A stretch of DNA of 64,000 nt, taken from positions 5,461 through 69,460 of the IMG/VR virus record IMGVR_UViG_3300017788_002590; one strand, given 5' to 3'. This stretch comes from a virus. Under the pieces are notes generated by a model. That model was given only the letters and a program-made list of their open reading frames with translations. It was not told the origin of the DNA and ran no database searches. The position numbers and the translations under genes are program-made. How positions within the stretch are numbered: the first letter of the stretch is position 1; each line of letters begins with the position of its first letter. This document shows, one piece after another, positions 1 to 12,100 of the stretch.

Positions 1-1
1 A

Positions 2-742
2 GAAGGATTACAGCCAATAGATTTATCTTATGTTACTGGTAGTATTTTTACTTATACAAATTTCGATGGAAATGCAATTAGATATGGTAGAAATGCTATT
101 AGGCCACTATATAGTGGTATATATAAATCGAATAAGTATTTTGAAGCTTTATCTGGATATCAACAAATAACAGGTTTAATGTTTTCTAGAGCATCTCAAA
201 TAGATACTATGTTTAGACAAATTATACCTAATGCTAGATATAACAATGAATTTAGTACTAATTTTCCAACCTATGCTTCAACTCCGTTACATCCTATTCC
301 GATTTCTATAACAGAAGGATTAAATCCTATTAATGGAACAATTGATTATGCGTATACCTATAATAATAGACCGTTAGCATTAATATCTGGCGCATTAACA
401 GAAAGTTTTACTATAGATGATACTGGACCAACATTCATCACATCAGATATTTTTGTTATAGGACGAAGGCTAGGACCCATAATATATTTTCCAGCACCAA
501 ATTCCAAAAACAATGGAGAAAAAACAGTTACATATGATGGTATTTTTAATAGTCCAACCGGTATTAAGGGCATACAATTTGATCAAGATATTCTAAATAG
601 TATTGATTCTTTAATAGATAATTTTAAACCCCAATCTCCTTATACTGGCATATTAATATCTGATACCAACACTATTACATTAAGCGAAAGTAGAGTTGTT
701 AGAACTAAAGTATGGAAGTATACTAAGTGTAGTGACACATAA
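2..742 (+). CDS. 5'-truncated probable virion structural protein
   Basis: The frame is open from base 2 (EGLQPIDLSY...) to TAA at 740-742, so the gene starts before the window. It is T/S/I-rich, beta-strand-like, and lies upstream of giant structural-type genes. Confidence 0.55.
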   Translation, partial: EGLQPIDLSYVTGSIFTYTNFDGNAIRYGRNAIRPLYSGIYKSNKYFEALSGYQQITGLMFSRASQIDTMFRQIIPNARYNNEFSTNFPTYASTPLHPIPISITEGLNPINGTIDYAYTYNNRPLALISGALTESFTIDDTGPTFITSDIFVIGRRLGPIIYFPAPNSKNNGEKTVTYDGIFNSPTGIKGIQFDQDILNSIDSLIDNFKPQSPYTGILISDTNTITLSESRVVRTKVWKYTKCSDT

Positions 743-759
743 AATTATGGAGAGATTAG

Positions 760-3700
760 ATGCCTAGAATTTGCGATTTTTCTTATAAAGAATCCGGCCC
801 ATTGCCGCAAACATTATTTTTGGGTTGTAGTATTAGTAATGTCACTTTTAATATGGCATGGGGCTCTGAACCATCTCAATGCACTGTTCGATTAGTTAAG
901 GATACGTCCGCACACCCAAATAGTCCAGATTTTGGTTCTGTGACAACAACGATTAATACTATAGTAAATACCACAACTAATTCGTTATTTGTTAATAATG
1001 CAGACTTAAATGTTGATAGAGATCCTAATTATACTGCGCATAAAAATATATCTAAAGAAGAGCAAAAAAGAGAAAACGATAGATTAGATACAGATATTAG
1101 TAATACGCCTTTGTCTAGAAATCGAGACACTGGAAAAAAATGTTGGAATCCACATCTTCTTGCTAACGACCCTGCGAATTGGCTCGGTCCAGATCCGGGA
1201 TTTGTTGGAGATAATTCTTTTGTTGCGGGTCATATATATGATAGTGTTGGATGTCCTGTTTATTTTAAACTAGACGACTTGGAGTTCGGAGGACTACTCA
1301 ACAGCTGGAAGGTAGAATCAGCAATATATACAGCAGAAATTCAGGGTCCAGGAAGACTTTTAAAAGGATGTCAATTAATATTGAATGAATATCAAGGCAG
1401 TATATCTACTGTGATGCCAAACGCTACAGCCTTTGCAGATGGAACCGCGATAAGCATACCCTACATCAAATTTAAAAATGATGATGGCAGTATAAGACCA
1501 TTTAATGGTGATATTAGACATGGTAATATGCCAAATTTGTTTAATATATATGGTTATCTTATAGAGACTAGAGGTTTTCAAAATGTCGATATATCAGAGT
1601 TAGGTATCAGTGCTGCTCAAGTGTATGATGGGTTGGTGGAACTTTTGGCTGGTGGCCCCGATACAATAGTAACGAATCCATTTTCTCCATATGGTGGGAT
1701 CGTAGCCAAAAGTTTAGTGTATTTTGGTGCTAATAACGCTACACAAATAATAGATCCAACAAGTACAACTATTAATTATGCGGGATCAAGTATTAATTTA
1801 ACTCAATTAGGTTTTTTCAGACACATATTAGCTGTTGATAATATTTATCGACCATTATTTAGGCTTGATTTAAGTCAGGTTCCTAGACCCCCTGATGGTA
1901 TTTATCTTGATTTAACTAATAATATGAGTTTAGATGACTTTATTACCAAATGTTGTGATGGAGCTGGATTTGATTGGAATTGTTCTTTGGAGCCAGATTT
2001 AAACAGTTCTCTATTTTCAGGCAGAATTCTTATCAGAACATACGACAGAAAAATCCAACCATCAACAAAAATTATTAGAGGGCTAATTTCTAATTTAACT
2101 GTTGCTGATAGAATAATTTCTTATAATGTTGGAGAAACACACACAGATGATGTGAATAGAAAAGTAGCAGTAGGGGGTAAACAAAAAAGATTGCTCCAAT
2201 TACAGTGCAATACTATATCTAAATACAAACACATCAATATCTATGATCCTGATAGTGGACTTTTTAATAATGTGCAAGATGATTTAGTAGAAAGTTTTTT
2301 GAGAAATGGAAATCCGCGACAAAAAGTTAGGTGGCCTATGCCGGAATCAACCCGACCATGGGATTCGTCATGGGGAAGTGCTTATAGAACTTATGGAGGA
2401 GCGGCAACGGCTCAAGACAGTAATGACTTTATTGGACCAGAATATACTTATTTTAATACTGTGGTTACAAAAGGTAACTATAACACAACTAATCCTAAAT
2501 TATCTAATCCTGATTTAGCGGACCAGCCTTCGGATCAAAATCAACCATTTGCTCCCAGTTTTTCTAATAAATTGGCTTATCCTATACAACTAGATTTAAT
2601 AAGTCAATATTTTGGTCGAAATTCTGATGGTAGTTTGAGGCAAGTTTATTATGATCGTAGACAAAGACAATATATAGTAAATATGCTATTTTCTGATTTA
2701 AAACCTATATTTGCTATTCAAAATTTTGATATAAATCTTATTACACCATATAATGCTAACGGTGGCGTTGTTAGCATATTTGAAACAGAAATAAGGGCTG
2801 CTCTTGGAAGTTTCGATTCTTGGGTCACATATTTATTTGAGATGAAAAAATTTGGATATGAGACACCAACATGCAGATTAATGTTAACATACATATCACA
2901 AAAATACGGCCCCGCTATAGCTAACCAATTAACTTTTTATGGTGTTGGTTCATTAAAAACAGGAGAAACTAAAAAAGAGGCTCTTCCCACAGATCCTCCG
3001 ACTACGGATAGAATTAGTCCTGCAAATAGAATTATTTTTCAAAATGATATTTTACCAGTATTACAAAAATTACATAATTTTATAACATCAGAACTAGGAT
3101 CTAAATATGGTAAATCTTATCTAGTTAGATTACCAACAATTTATAGAAGAGTAGATTCTATGGGAATGGCTCATTATTCCTATGAGGTCACAGATGCAGC
3201 ATGGGAAGAATTTGGTAATTTTATAGATGACACTATGCAAATAGGAAGTGATGAAGTTTTTACTTTATCAGAAGCCGATGCTAGAATAGGACCATTGCTA
3301 GGTTGGAACGCATCTGCTGAAAGAACACATAATCATCCAATGGCTGCTGCTGGAACAAATCCATTACCAGGGCTTTTACCTGTAAATAATTTAGGGAAAA
3401 TGATTCTGCAATCAGATATGCCTCAAAGACCAAACGATTGGTATCTGCCTTTACAACATAGTATGTCGCCAGCCGAATCTGTTTTGGTTCAACATAGATC
3501 ATACCTGATACCTCCAGGAGGAGCTTTTAGTGACAGAGTACCTGGCAGTGTTAATGCGCCTCAATTAAATGATTCTTTTGGAAACAATATTCCGGATCCA
3601 ATCAAAGCTAAGTTATATGCAAAAGCATCCGTTTTTGAGGTGGTTCCAGAAAACAGGGTTAATAAACGTATTATTTTTGCTAACGGTATTCAGTACGCTG

Positions 3701-6150
3701 TATTAGAAAGTTCTGCGCCAGTAAATACAAGATCAGAACAGAGTTTAACATTATCAATGTTTGAGAATCTTATAGCAGCTGGTGTTTTCGGATTGGAAAC
3801 TCCGGGAGGAGCTACAAGAGTTTTAACCAGGCCAATTCCTAGCAATTTGAATAATCTTATTTTTACATATGGTAAATTGCGCAAAATGGTGGTGCATTCT
3901 GCTGTGGTACCAGATTATAGTGTGGATAATGAGATAAATCTACCTATAGCTCCTTTGGCTCCTACTCCTTGTTTTGCTGCTATTCCACTACAATTGAACT
4001 ATGCTTGCTATGGTCCGTGGGTAAGCCACCCTGGTTTAATTGCAAATGCTTTATTTCCTGACAATTATGCAAATCCTAATGTATTGGTTAATAATATAGT
4101 GGGAGGAGTAGAAGTAGATATTAATTCTAGTTATGTTCCATGGGAATATGGAGGAATGGATGCTTTAGACTCGTCAGTATTATTAAATCTTGTGGCAGAT
4201 AGTAACAAGTACCAGCAAGTACAAGAAGAAGGTCAAATTACTGTAGCTAATATGCTGTTTCGTAATGCTGAATTGGGTGCTCGACTGGTTAACGCATATG
4301 GTCCTGTAATTAATGCTATTAATGTTGATTTAGGAGAAGAAGGAATAAAATGTACGTATCATTTTAGAACTTATAGTAGAAAATTAGGATTCTACAATAA
4401 AGAACAAGCAAATCAAATTCAAAAAATAGCAAAGGAAAGATTAGCTAATAGAAAACAAATAGCAGACAGTATTGTTCAGTCTCGAGTGGCTAGAATGCAA
4501 CAGGCAGGCAATGGGCTAACATCTTCTTCTTTACCGAAGTCTTTAAGTTATAGTCCTGTGAGACTATTAATAGGCGGAGCTATGCCTATTGTTCATAAAA
4601 ATTCTAATTTACGGGATGCGTTTTCAGAGTTAAATTTTGATGCCCAGTGGTTCAATAGACCACAGATTCAACCATTTAGAACAGTAACACCAAAGGACAT
4701 GATCAATCATCAAACATCTGTTGCATTGTATGATCCACAAGAAATACCTAGAACATTATTAAGTCCTGAAAATTATACTAGTTTATCTGTTATGAGTTTA
4801 GATGGAATATTTTCTCCTATATCTTTTTATCCTACAGCTTATGGCACAACTTACCCATTATCCCCGTATCCTAGATCTCATTGCCCGATATGCAGAGGAG
4901 GAGGTTTTGTAATAATGGGATTACATTCTGCTGCTAGTTCTCAATTCCGAAGAGACAGTACTACTAGTTTTATTAATGTAGGAGCTATGAATAGTAGTTT
5001 TAGTACATTAACTAAGCCATGTAAATTTTGTGTTCCTGATATAGATATAGAAAAAGCTAAGAAAAAAAGTGCTCAACCTAACGAAATTACTCCGCCAATG
5101 TTAATTGCAAGTGGGTCAGATAGACAAATTCTAACAGATAGACATTTAGCATTTCAATTCCAAACCTGTAAAATTAATACATACACTTTGAATCCAATAG
5201 TTATGTCTGCTACTGGTAGTGATTTTAGTATACATCAACACAAACAACAATCGGACAGATGTGGTCATAGCGTAGGAGCCGTATCTTTTGGCAATATTTT
5301 GCCAGGCGTTGCTGATGGACTAGCTCCAATATTAACTCCTAATATTGTAAAAAACTATAATGACTATGATATTAATTTAATAAACCATGATGCTACTTAC
5401 GCGAACTCTTATCAAAATCAAAGATTTTTTGGATTAAGAGGGCCAATTATGATACATTCTTGGGGATATGATTTGCAAGGATATCCTGTGCCCAACTCGT
5501 CTGGAGAATATAAATATGGTGCTGGTAATGAAATTTTATATGATAGCAATAATAATGCTGTTGGAAAAAATCAAGTATTGCAATCGGATGGAACATGGTC
5601 AGCTCCATATAAAGAAAATACTTTTTACAAAGGATGGGCCCAACTGCCCACCACATGGCCTGTTGGACCATTAGATTTAAGATGGGATTCTAATGCTAGA
5701 GTTTGGACTATAGGAGCAAACTATAAACCTGTTTGGGTAGTTATAGAAACAGATTTATTAGATAAAACTAGTACAGCTAGAGGTATTGTTGTAGAATCAT
5801 CATATGATAATACTCCTCTTCCTCAAGGATTAAGGAAGGTTGTTTTTGTTAAAGATTCTTTGGGCATATTCTCTGCCCCCAGAGGCGCTGCTTTATATTG
5901 TAGATATGATACCGATAATGGTTTTTATGAACCTATTTATAATAGACCACTAATGACTTCTGGACAATTATTGGGTGGTTTAAATGCTACTATATTTAAT
6001 GGGTATACGCCATCTGTTGTCTCAGCAGATATAGTTTCACAATATGTAACAACTTTTCTAAATCCTATAAATTTTGCTACCCCGGCTGGTAGTTTAGGAT
6101 TATTTGTGTTTTTGAACGGTTCGTGGATTTTACAATCAATTAGAAATTAG
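760..6150 (+). CDS. Large probable tail tip/baseplate hub-like structural protein (1796 aa)
   Basis: GGAGAG RBS upstream. The N-terminus (QTLFLGCSISNVTFNMAWGSEPSQCTVRL) resembles phage hub-type starts. CPICRGGG...CKFC motif near the C-terminus. Function inferred from context. Confidence 0.5.
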   Translation: MPRICDFSYKESGPLPQTLFLGCSISNVTFNMAWGSEPSQCTVRLVKDTSAHPNSPDFGSVTTTINTIVNTTTNSLFVNNADLNVDRDPNYTAHKNISKEEQKRENDRLDTDISNTPLSRNRDTGKKCWNPHLLANDPANWLGPDPGFVGDNSFVAGHIYDSVGCPVYFKLDDLEFGGLLNSWKVESAIYTAEIQGPGRLLKGCQLILNEYQGSISTVMPNATAFADGTAISIPYIKFKNDDGSIRPFNGDIRHGNMPNLFNIYGYLIETRGFQNVDISELGISAAQVYDGLVELLAGGPDTIVTNPFSPYGGIVAKSLVYFGANNATQIIDPTSTTINYAGSSINLTQLGFFRHILAVDNIYRPLFRLDLSQVPRPPDGIYLDLTNNMSLDDFITKCCDGAGFDWNCSLEPDLNSSLFSGRILIRTYDRKIQPSTKIIRGLISNLTVADRIISYNVGETHTDDVNRKVAVGGKQKRLLQLQCNTISKYKHINIYDPDSGLFNNVQDDLVESFLRNGNPRQKVRWPMPESTRPWDSSWGSAYRTYGGAATAQDSNDFIGPEYTYFNTVVTKGNYNTTNPKLSNPDLADQPSDQNQPFAPSFSNKLAYPIQLDLISQYFGRNSDGSLRQVYYDRRQRQYIVNMLFSDLKPIFAIQNFDINLITPYNANGGVVSIFETEIRAALGSFDSWVTYLFEMKKFGYETPTCRLMLTYISQKYGPAIANQLTFYGVGSLKTGETKKEALPTDPPTTDRISPANRIIFQNDILPVLQKLHNFITSELGSKYGKSYLVRLPTIYRRVDSMGMAHYSYEVTDAAWEEFGNFIDDTMQIGSDEVFTLSEADARIGPLLGWNASAERTHNHPMAAAGTNPLPGLLPVNNLGKMILQSDMPQRPNDWYLPLQHSMSPAESVLVQHRSYLIPPGGAFSDRVPGSVNAPQLNDSFGNNIPDPIKAKLYAKASVFEVVPENRVNKRIIFANGIQYAVLESSAPVNTRSEQSLTLSMFENLIAAGVFGLETPGGATRVLTRPIPSNLNNLIFTYGKLRKMVVHSAVVPDYSVDNEINLPIAPLAPTPCFAAIPLQLNYACYGPWVSHPGLIANALFPDNYANPNVLVNNIVGGVEVDINSSYVPWEYGGMDALDSSVLLNLVADSNKYQQVQEEGQITVANMLFRNAELGARLVNAYGPVINAINVDLGEEGIKCTYHFRTYSRKLGFYNKEQANQIQKIAKERLANRKQIADSIVQSRVARMQQAGNGLTSSSLPKSLSYSPVRLLIGGAMPIVHKNSNLRDAFSELNFDAQWFNRPQIQPFRTVTPKDMINHQTSVALYDPQEIPRTLLSPENYTSLSVMSLDGIFSPISFYPTAYGTTYPLSPYPRSHCPICRGGGFVIMGLHSAASSQFRRDSTTSFINVGAMNSSFSTLTKPCKFCVPDIDIEKAKKKSAQPNEITPPMLIASGSDRQILTDRHLAFQFQTCKINTYTLNPIVMSATGSDFSIHQHKQQSDRCGHSVGAVSFGNILPGVADGLAPILTPNIVKNYNDYDINLINHDATYANSYQNQRFFGLRGPIMIHSWGYDLQGYPVPNSSGEYKYGAGNEILYDSNNNAVGKNQVLQSDGTWSAPYKENTFYKGWAQLPTTWPVGPLDLRWDSNARVWTIGANYKPVWVVIETDLLDKTSTARGIVVESSYDNTPLPQGLRKVVFVKDSLGIFSAPRGAALYCRYDTDNGFYEPIYNRPLMTSGQLLGGLNATIFNGYTPSVVSADIVSQYVTTFLNPINFATPAGSLGLFVFLNGSWILQSIRN

Positions 6151-6159
6151 TGGTTTAAT

Positions 6160-9100
6160 ATGAGCTGCGAAATTTTTGATAAAGATCTAATTGCAGATGT
6201 TATTGATTTAAATAGTTCAAATATATCTGTTAATTTAAGCTGGTTGACACAACGCATGGGGGGTGGAATAACTTTTAGCGGTGTGTGGAGACCGATCTAT
6301 GTTTATCCTAATCAAAACAATAGTCTGGCATCTCCTTTAATGTCGGCTAGAACTCGTGGAGCAAGTTTTTTTACTCCATGCGATTGTTCTGATGGTTCTA
6401 TAAATATGGATCCGATTACTGAACAAATAGAAGAATCTAGTTTGTGCAGTTATTGCGGAGACTATGCTGTTCAGTGGCGACTATATGATATCGCTGGAAA
6501 CGCGTCCCCTAGAGCGCATTCAGGAACTTGCTGTAGCGGAGCTTGTGATGTTCGTTTTAGAGCAGATGATTATTTGCCTAAAATTCCTGTATTAAATCAT
6601 GCTTATATTACCGGGGTGACGGATTTTAAGTATAAACAAGAATTTCCAGCTTGTAATAATCCTCAAACCTTGGGTTGTGATGGTTTTGTTTTTATACCTC
6701 CGGCAGCAAGAAGACAAATAGGTGGCAATGCGTATATGGCTGTGGATTGGTCCATAAGAGAAACCATATCCGAAATTCCATATGATAAATTTACTTCTCA
6801 TCACGATTCCGAATATTTGCATAATAAGTCTTATAAAAAAAGTAAAATGGTTAGTAATACTTGTGGTAATTTCTTGATGTTATCTGTTAATACAATTCCA
6901 GGCTTGCCAGCTACTGGTCATTACTACATCAAATCATATCCTATATTAAGCGGCTTATTAGGCACAACAGTCAGTGGAGATATGCCCGATAGTGTGCTAC
7001 CAACACCTCAACAATTTGCTGAACTACCATATGGAATAGACGAAGAAAAATACAAAAATATTTTTATACATGATGAAAAAATTGCTTCTTATTGGAAATG
7101 GAATTATGCCTCTGGAGTTTTATGCTGGTATAGATATTACGACATGCATAGAATCAACGATCAAAGACCAATTCCGGGAGTAGATTTATATATACCTCCA
7201 GGCGATGTGTTTTTTGCAACTAATGACGGACCAGAACCCGCTACTAGTTTGAGTAACCCGACAGGCCTGAACGGCTTAATACAATCATGTCCATCGGGAC
7301 TTAAAGTTGTAGATAATGGACAATTTAAATGTATTATACCTAGTGGTTCGGAGTTTTTATATATTTCTAATAATTTGTATTCTAAGTTTTATGAGATATA
7401 CTATAGGCTTTCTCAAAGAACAGGGTCCAGAGATGCCTTGATTCTGAGCGCAGTGTTGGCTACTGCTCCTCAGTATGATCAAATTACTGTAGACTTATTA
7501 AGAGACAGTTTTAATTCAGATTATAGCAAAAATCAGTTTTTCCAAATAGATACTCTTAATAAAGATATGCAGTATACCACAACTATGGATTCTGTGTCTC
7601 AATTAAATTATATTTCTAATAAAAAAGAGCTAATAGCAACACTTGCATCAAAATATGGTACTTATTTGTATATTCCTCCAAGATCTAATATTAATATTGC
7701 TTTTAATCAAACTATAAATAGTTCATTTGGATTAGAATTAGACTTTGATATGGTATTTGATAAAAACGATATCAATTGGTCGAATTATGGAGCAACATGT
7801 CAGCCTTTTACTAGTTGTGCATCTAGATTTTTTAGAAAAGAATACCATTATAATCAAACTATCAGTGGCCCGGAAGGATTTGGGTTGCCTTTGTATGTCT
7901 GGCCCGAAATAGCAATGAGACACAATAGATCATGTGTAGATAATCGTGATGGAACATCTACTTTAACCAATAGCGACTACAGATTATATTCTGCAATAGT
8001 TTTAAATGGTCAAATTTTAAAACAAGTACCTTCTAGTTCAGGTTGTTATATCATTAAAGATACTTATCCTAGAATCGCTGAGAGAGATAATTTAAATAGT
8101 TGCAGTAATTGTGATCAATATAGTTCTTTTTATAGAATCAATAATGCTGAAACAGTAGAATGCGGAGTTGCTTATCCTAGTTTTTGCTATGCTACTTTAG
8201 CTCGTAGATTTAATAACTCTCCCCCACAATTTACTAATGATCCTCAGAATAGGCCAGAAAGAACCCTCAAAGATGGTACAGTAAGATTCGAAAGAAAATA
8301 TAGAGCTACTTTTTTTAATCCTTATGTAGACACATTAGCTTTTCATGCCCAGGGCGGACTAATGATTAATAGTTATCCTTTTGGTCTGGATTCCGAAGTT
8401 GTATTTAGACAAAACGATCCTACTCCACCATCAACTACTAATAATATTACTATTAATTTTGAAACTAAAGATATGGGATTAAAAATTTATAGTATAGCAG
8501 CAGAGTATTTGCAAACTCAGCTGTCAAGCTCCAGCGACTGCAAAAGATTTCCAGTTAAAGAAAGTTGCAAGTGTTGGCCTATCAATATGACGCCATTACA
8601 CAGTCAAGACTGTAATAATCCGAATAGATCATATTTTTCAACACCAAATTTTTATACTCCTTCATTATCTACAAGATTTTCTCCAAGACTTCAACAGTAT
8701 GGCGGATATACTCAAAAAGAATTAGATAATATTTTTGGGCCATCTGTCCTGACGGCCGGCTCTTTATTGTCTCCTTTAAATAATTTGATTAATCCCGAAA
8801 ATCCATATGGTTGTGACTCTACAGCAAGCATAGAGCTACATAATTATACTAATACCAGATGGACATTAAATCCTGTAGGATTTAGTACTTCTCATGCCGA
8901 TGTTGAGGTATCTATAAATGAAGATATTAATTTATTAGGTAATAGATATAGAACCATTTTACATAGAGAAGGAGGAGACAGTCCGGGACAAGTAACCGAC
9001 TATTGGTTGGAATATAGGCCGTTATTGGACGCTAAAAGATTTGCTACAAAAGTCTATATACCAGAAGGCACATTCAATAATACTTTTTATGCAAATCAGA

Positions 9101-12100
9101 GATATATTATCTTTTCTAAAGATACTGCTATTCCTGCAACTTTAACAGTAGAACTGCAAAATCCATTTTTAGAAGCGTTAATCATCGCTGCTGGAGGTCA
9201 GGAGAAAAGCGTATTATTTCCACCCTCTGGTAGACTATTAACACCATATGCAAAAACAACCGTACAAACAAGTGATAAAATATATAGGGGAGATGAGGTT
9301 TCTAAAGTTACTATTAATTTACATCAGAAATACAGAAAACAATATATAAATTTTGTTCTTAATAGTCCTGCCCCAATGGGATATCTATACAAGGGGTCTT
9401 TTCACCCAAATAGCGGATTAACAACGGATGCTTCGTTATTTAGAAAGAGCGCTATTAAAGATGATACAATTTATTATGATGCTTCATTAAGAGATACTGG
9501 AGCAGCAGATACTTTTAATGAAGGATTTTGCATGATAGGGTCGTTTACTCCCAGAGTTATAAACGCTATCAATAATCTGCATCAGTTTGATTACCATAAA
9601 AAATTAAGATTATATTTGTTGATTAATGGAAAATGGTGGCAGTATAATGGTAGTAATGCTAATAGTTTTAAAGTTAACGATATTGTATATCCGGGAAGAC
9701 CATTGATTCACGAATATATTCCAAATAAAAACTTTACCAAAGGACTTCCATCTGTTTTTGTTGCTCCTGTAAAAGAATCAAATAGATTTAACTTTGTTTA
9801 TAATAAATACAACACAAATCGGTCAAATAACAACGAGCCTACGCAACCACTAGAATTTCCTATAATGTCGGAAAGATTTTATTTTTCTGATCAGGATAGG
9901 ACGACCATCACTATTCCCGGCACAAGAGCATATTATAGAATTCCAGAGATAGATCCTTCTATAGAAACCTTATTACCAAACATAGATTTTATTTATTCTT
10001 TTGTTCCTAGTAATCCTAGTACATTCCAATATGGCTCGTTAATTAAATTTTTAGATGGTTCTCACTGGATATGTATTGATCCAAGCAAACCGAATCTTAG
10101 AGCTTCTTATGTTTTTTCTGATTTTGATTATTTACAACATAATTTTAGTGATTTACACCTAGACTTCAAAAGGCTATCAAAATCCGGATATTTGTATAAT
10201 AGTAAAAGACCAACTTCCTTATTTGGTTGGTTTAAAAATCCAGTTTTGAGATCGTCTATGTTTATACCCATTATAGAAAAAAGCATTATTGTTAAATTTG
10301 TTACAAAAAATGGGTTACCAGTTAAAGATCTAACTAAAGAAGATGTATATATGTTACCATATACTAGACTAAAATTAGCATATGGAGTTAGAAACCAAGG
10401 TTTTACTCTAGTGAATTTTAATTACCCTCGATACCATTCTTTTGTTATATCTAATGCTGATGTAATTTTATGCGAACAGGATCCTGATATTACTAATAGA
10501 TTAATACAAAGTAAATGGGGCGACTTAATAACATTTGATGGATATATAATAGATCAATATAAAGATGCTTTATTTGATCCACAAAAGTATTATCCAAAAT
10601 CAAATTATGACAATATTTTTTATAAGACTATTATTAATAATCATAGAGAAAAAAACTTTTTTTATAGATTAGAAGACACTGGTTTGCGGGCTATAAGTGA
10701 AGGAGGCGAAATATCTAATATACCATTAGATATAACCCATGCAGGACTGGTATACTATTCGATATTACATAAATATGCTTTAGGAGAAAATACTCCATAT
10801 TCTATACAATCAGATAGTTATCATAATTACTTACCTTTTATGGATTTAAATATTCTGAACGATCCTGATCCTATAATTCCAGAATCATTGAATACACTAG
10901 TTAATTTTTATGAAAATCAAAACACGCCATTCACAGGCAAAATTAGCATAGCAGGAATACATAGAGATATTAAGCCAGCTACCGGAAATTATCTCCAGTA
11001 CGGGAACAATGATCTTTTTTGGATTAATTTTTCTGGAATCGAACAAGCAAAATCCGCTTTTGTACCATATAATAACTTTTTTAGTCCCACATTAAGAATA
11101 GATGATCCTCCGTTTGTATTTAGTAGAACTTTTAGAGAAACCGTACGTTTTCCAGGAACATACAATCCTCCTTGTATTAATACATTTCAACCTCTTCATA
11201 TTATTGATTACTCCGAAAGCACAGCTAGATTTGATGCTACATCATCTTTCGGTACTTGGCGACATCAAAGCAGAACTCCACATTATAGGTTTCATATATA
11301 TTGTGATACAGATAATAGCACGTGTGATAATAATGGTTGTTATGGCAATATTGATCAAGGCATAAAACATATTGGTTGGACTAATATCAAAGCCGAATAT
11401 AATGTTGGTATAAATTTTGATACTAATATACCAGACGTTGTTCCATATTATATTTCTTATGATGCTGGTTTATATAATGCTTTAGGAAGTGATTCTGTTA
11501 TTACCATAGCAAGATCAGAATTAGCTTCTTTTGGGAATTTTTTCCCTGTGAGAACAGCACAAAGAGTGGCTGCCGAAGGTATATCCGCAGATACTATGTG
11601 TAGTACTCCTTATGTTATTCCTATGGATTATAAGTCTAGTACTATAAATCCTATATATCAAGAAACATTAACCCGTGGGGTTGCGCAACAGAGCCATACT
11701 ACTAGTGTTCTTAATACTGATGCTATGGCTTCAGAGATGCTATTCAGAATTATGTATGGGGAATCTCAAAATGTTAATAAAAATATGTTTTTAGTATCAA
11801 ATAATTTAATAACTAAAAAAGATCTTATCGCATATACAGATCCTCCTATTACTGCTTTAGATTTATACAAAGAAATTCTTTATAACTATGATATTGGCGC
11901 AGATATGAGTAATATGAATATAAATGGATCATTTACTGTGGATGCTGTGCAATCTGTTGGAGGAGCATTATCTATAACAATAGGAGATACTATTTGTTTA
12001 TTCAATATACGTAGAGAAGAAGGTTCTATATATATAGTAGGTAGTATTGGTTCTAGGTCAATGAGGGAAAGACTATTTGTGGAATCTTGGCAAGATAGAC

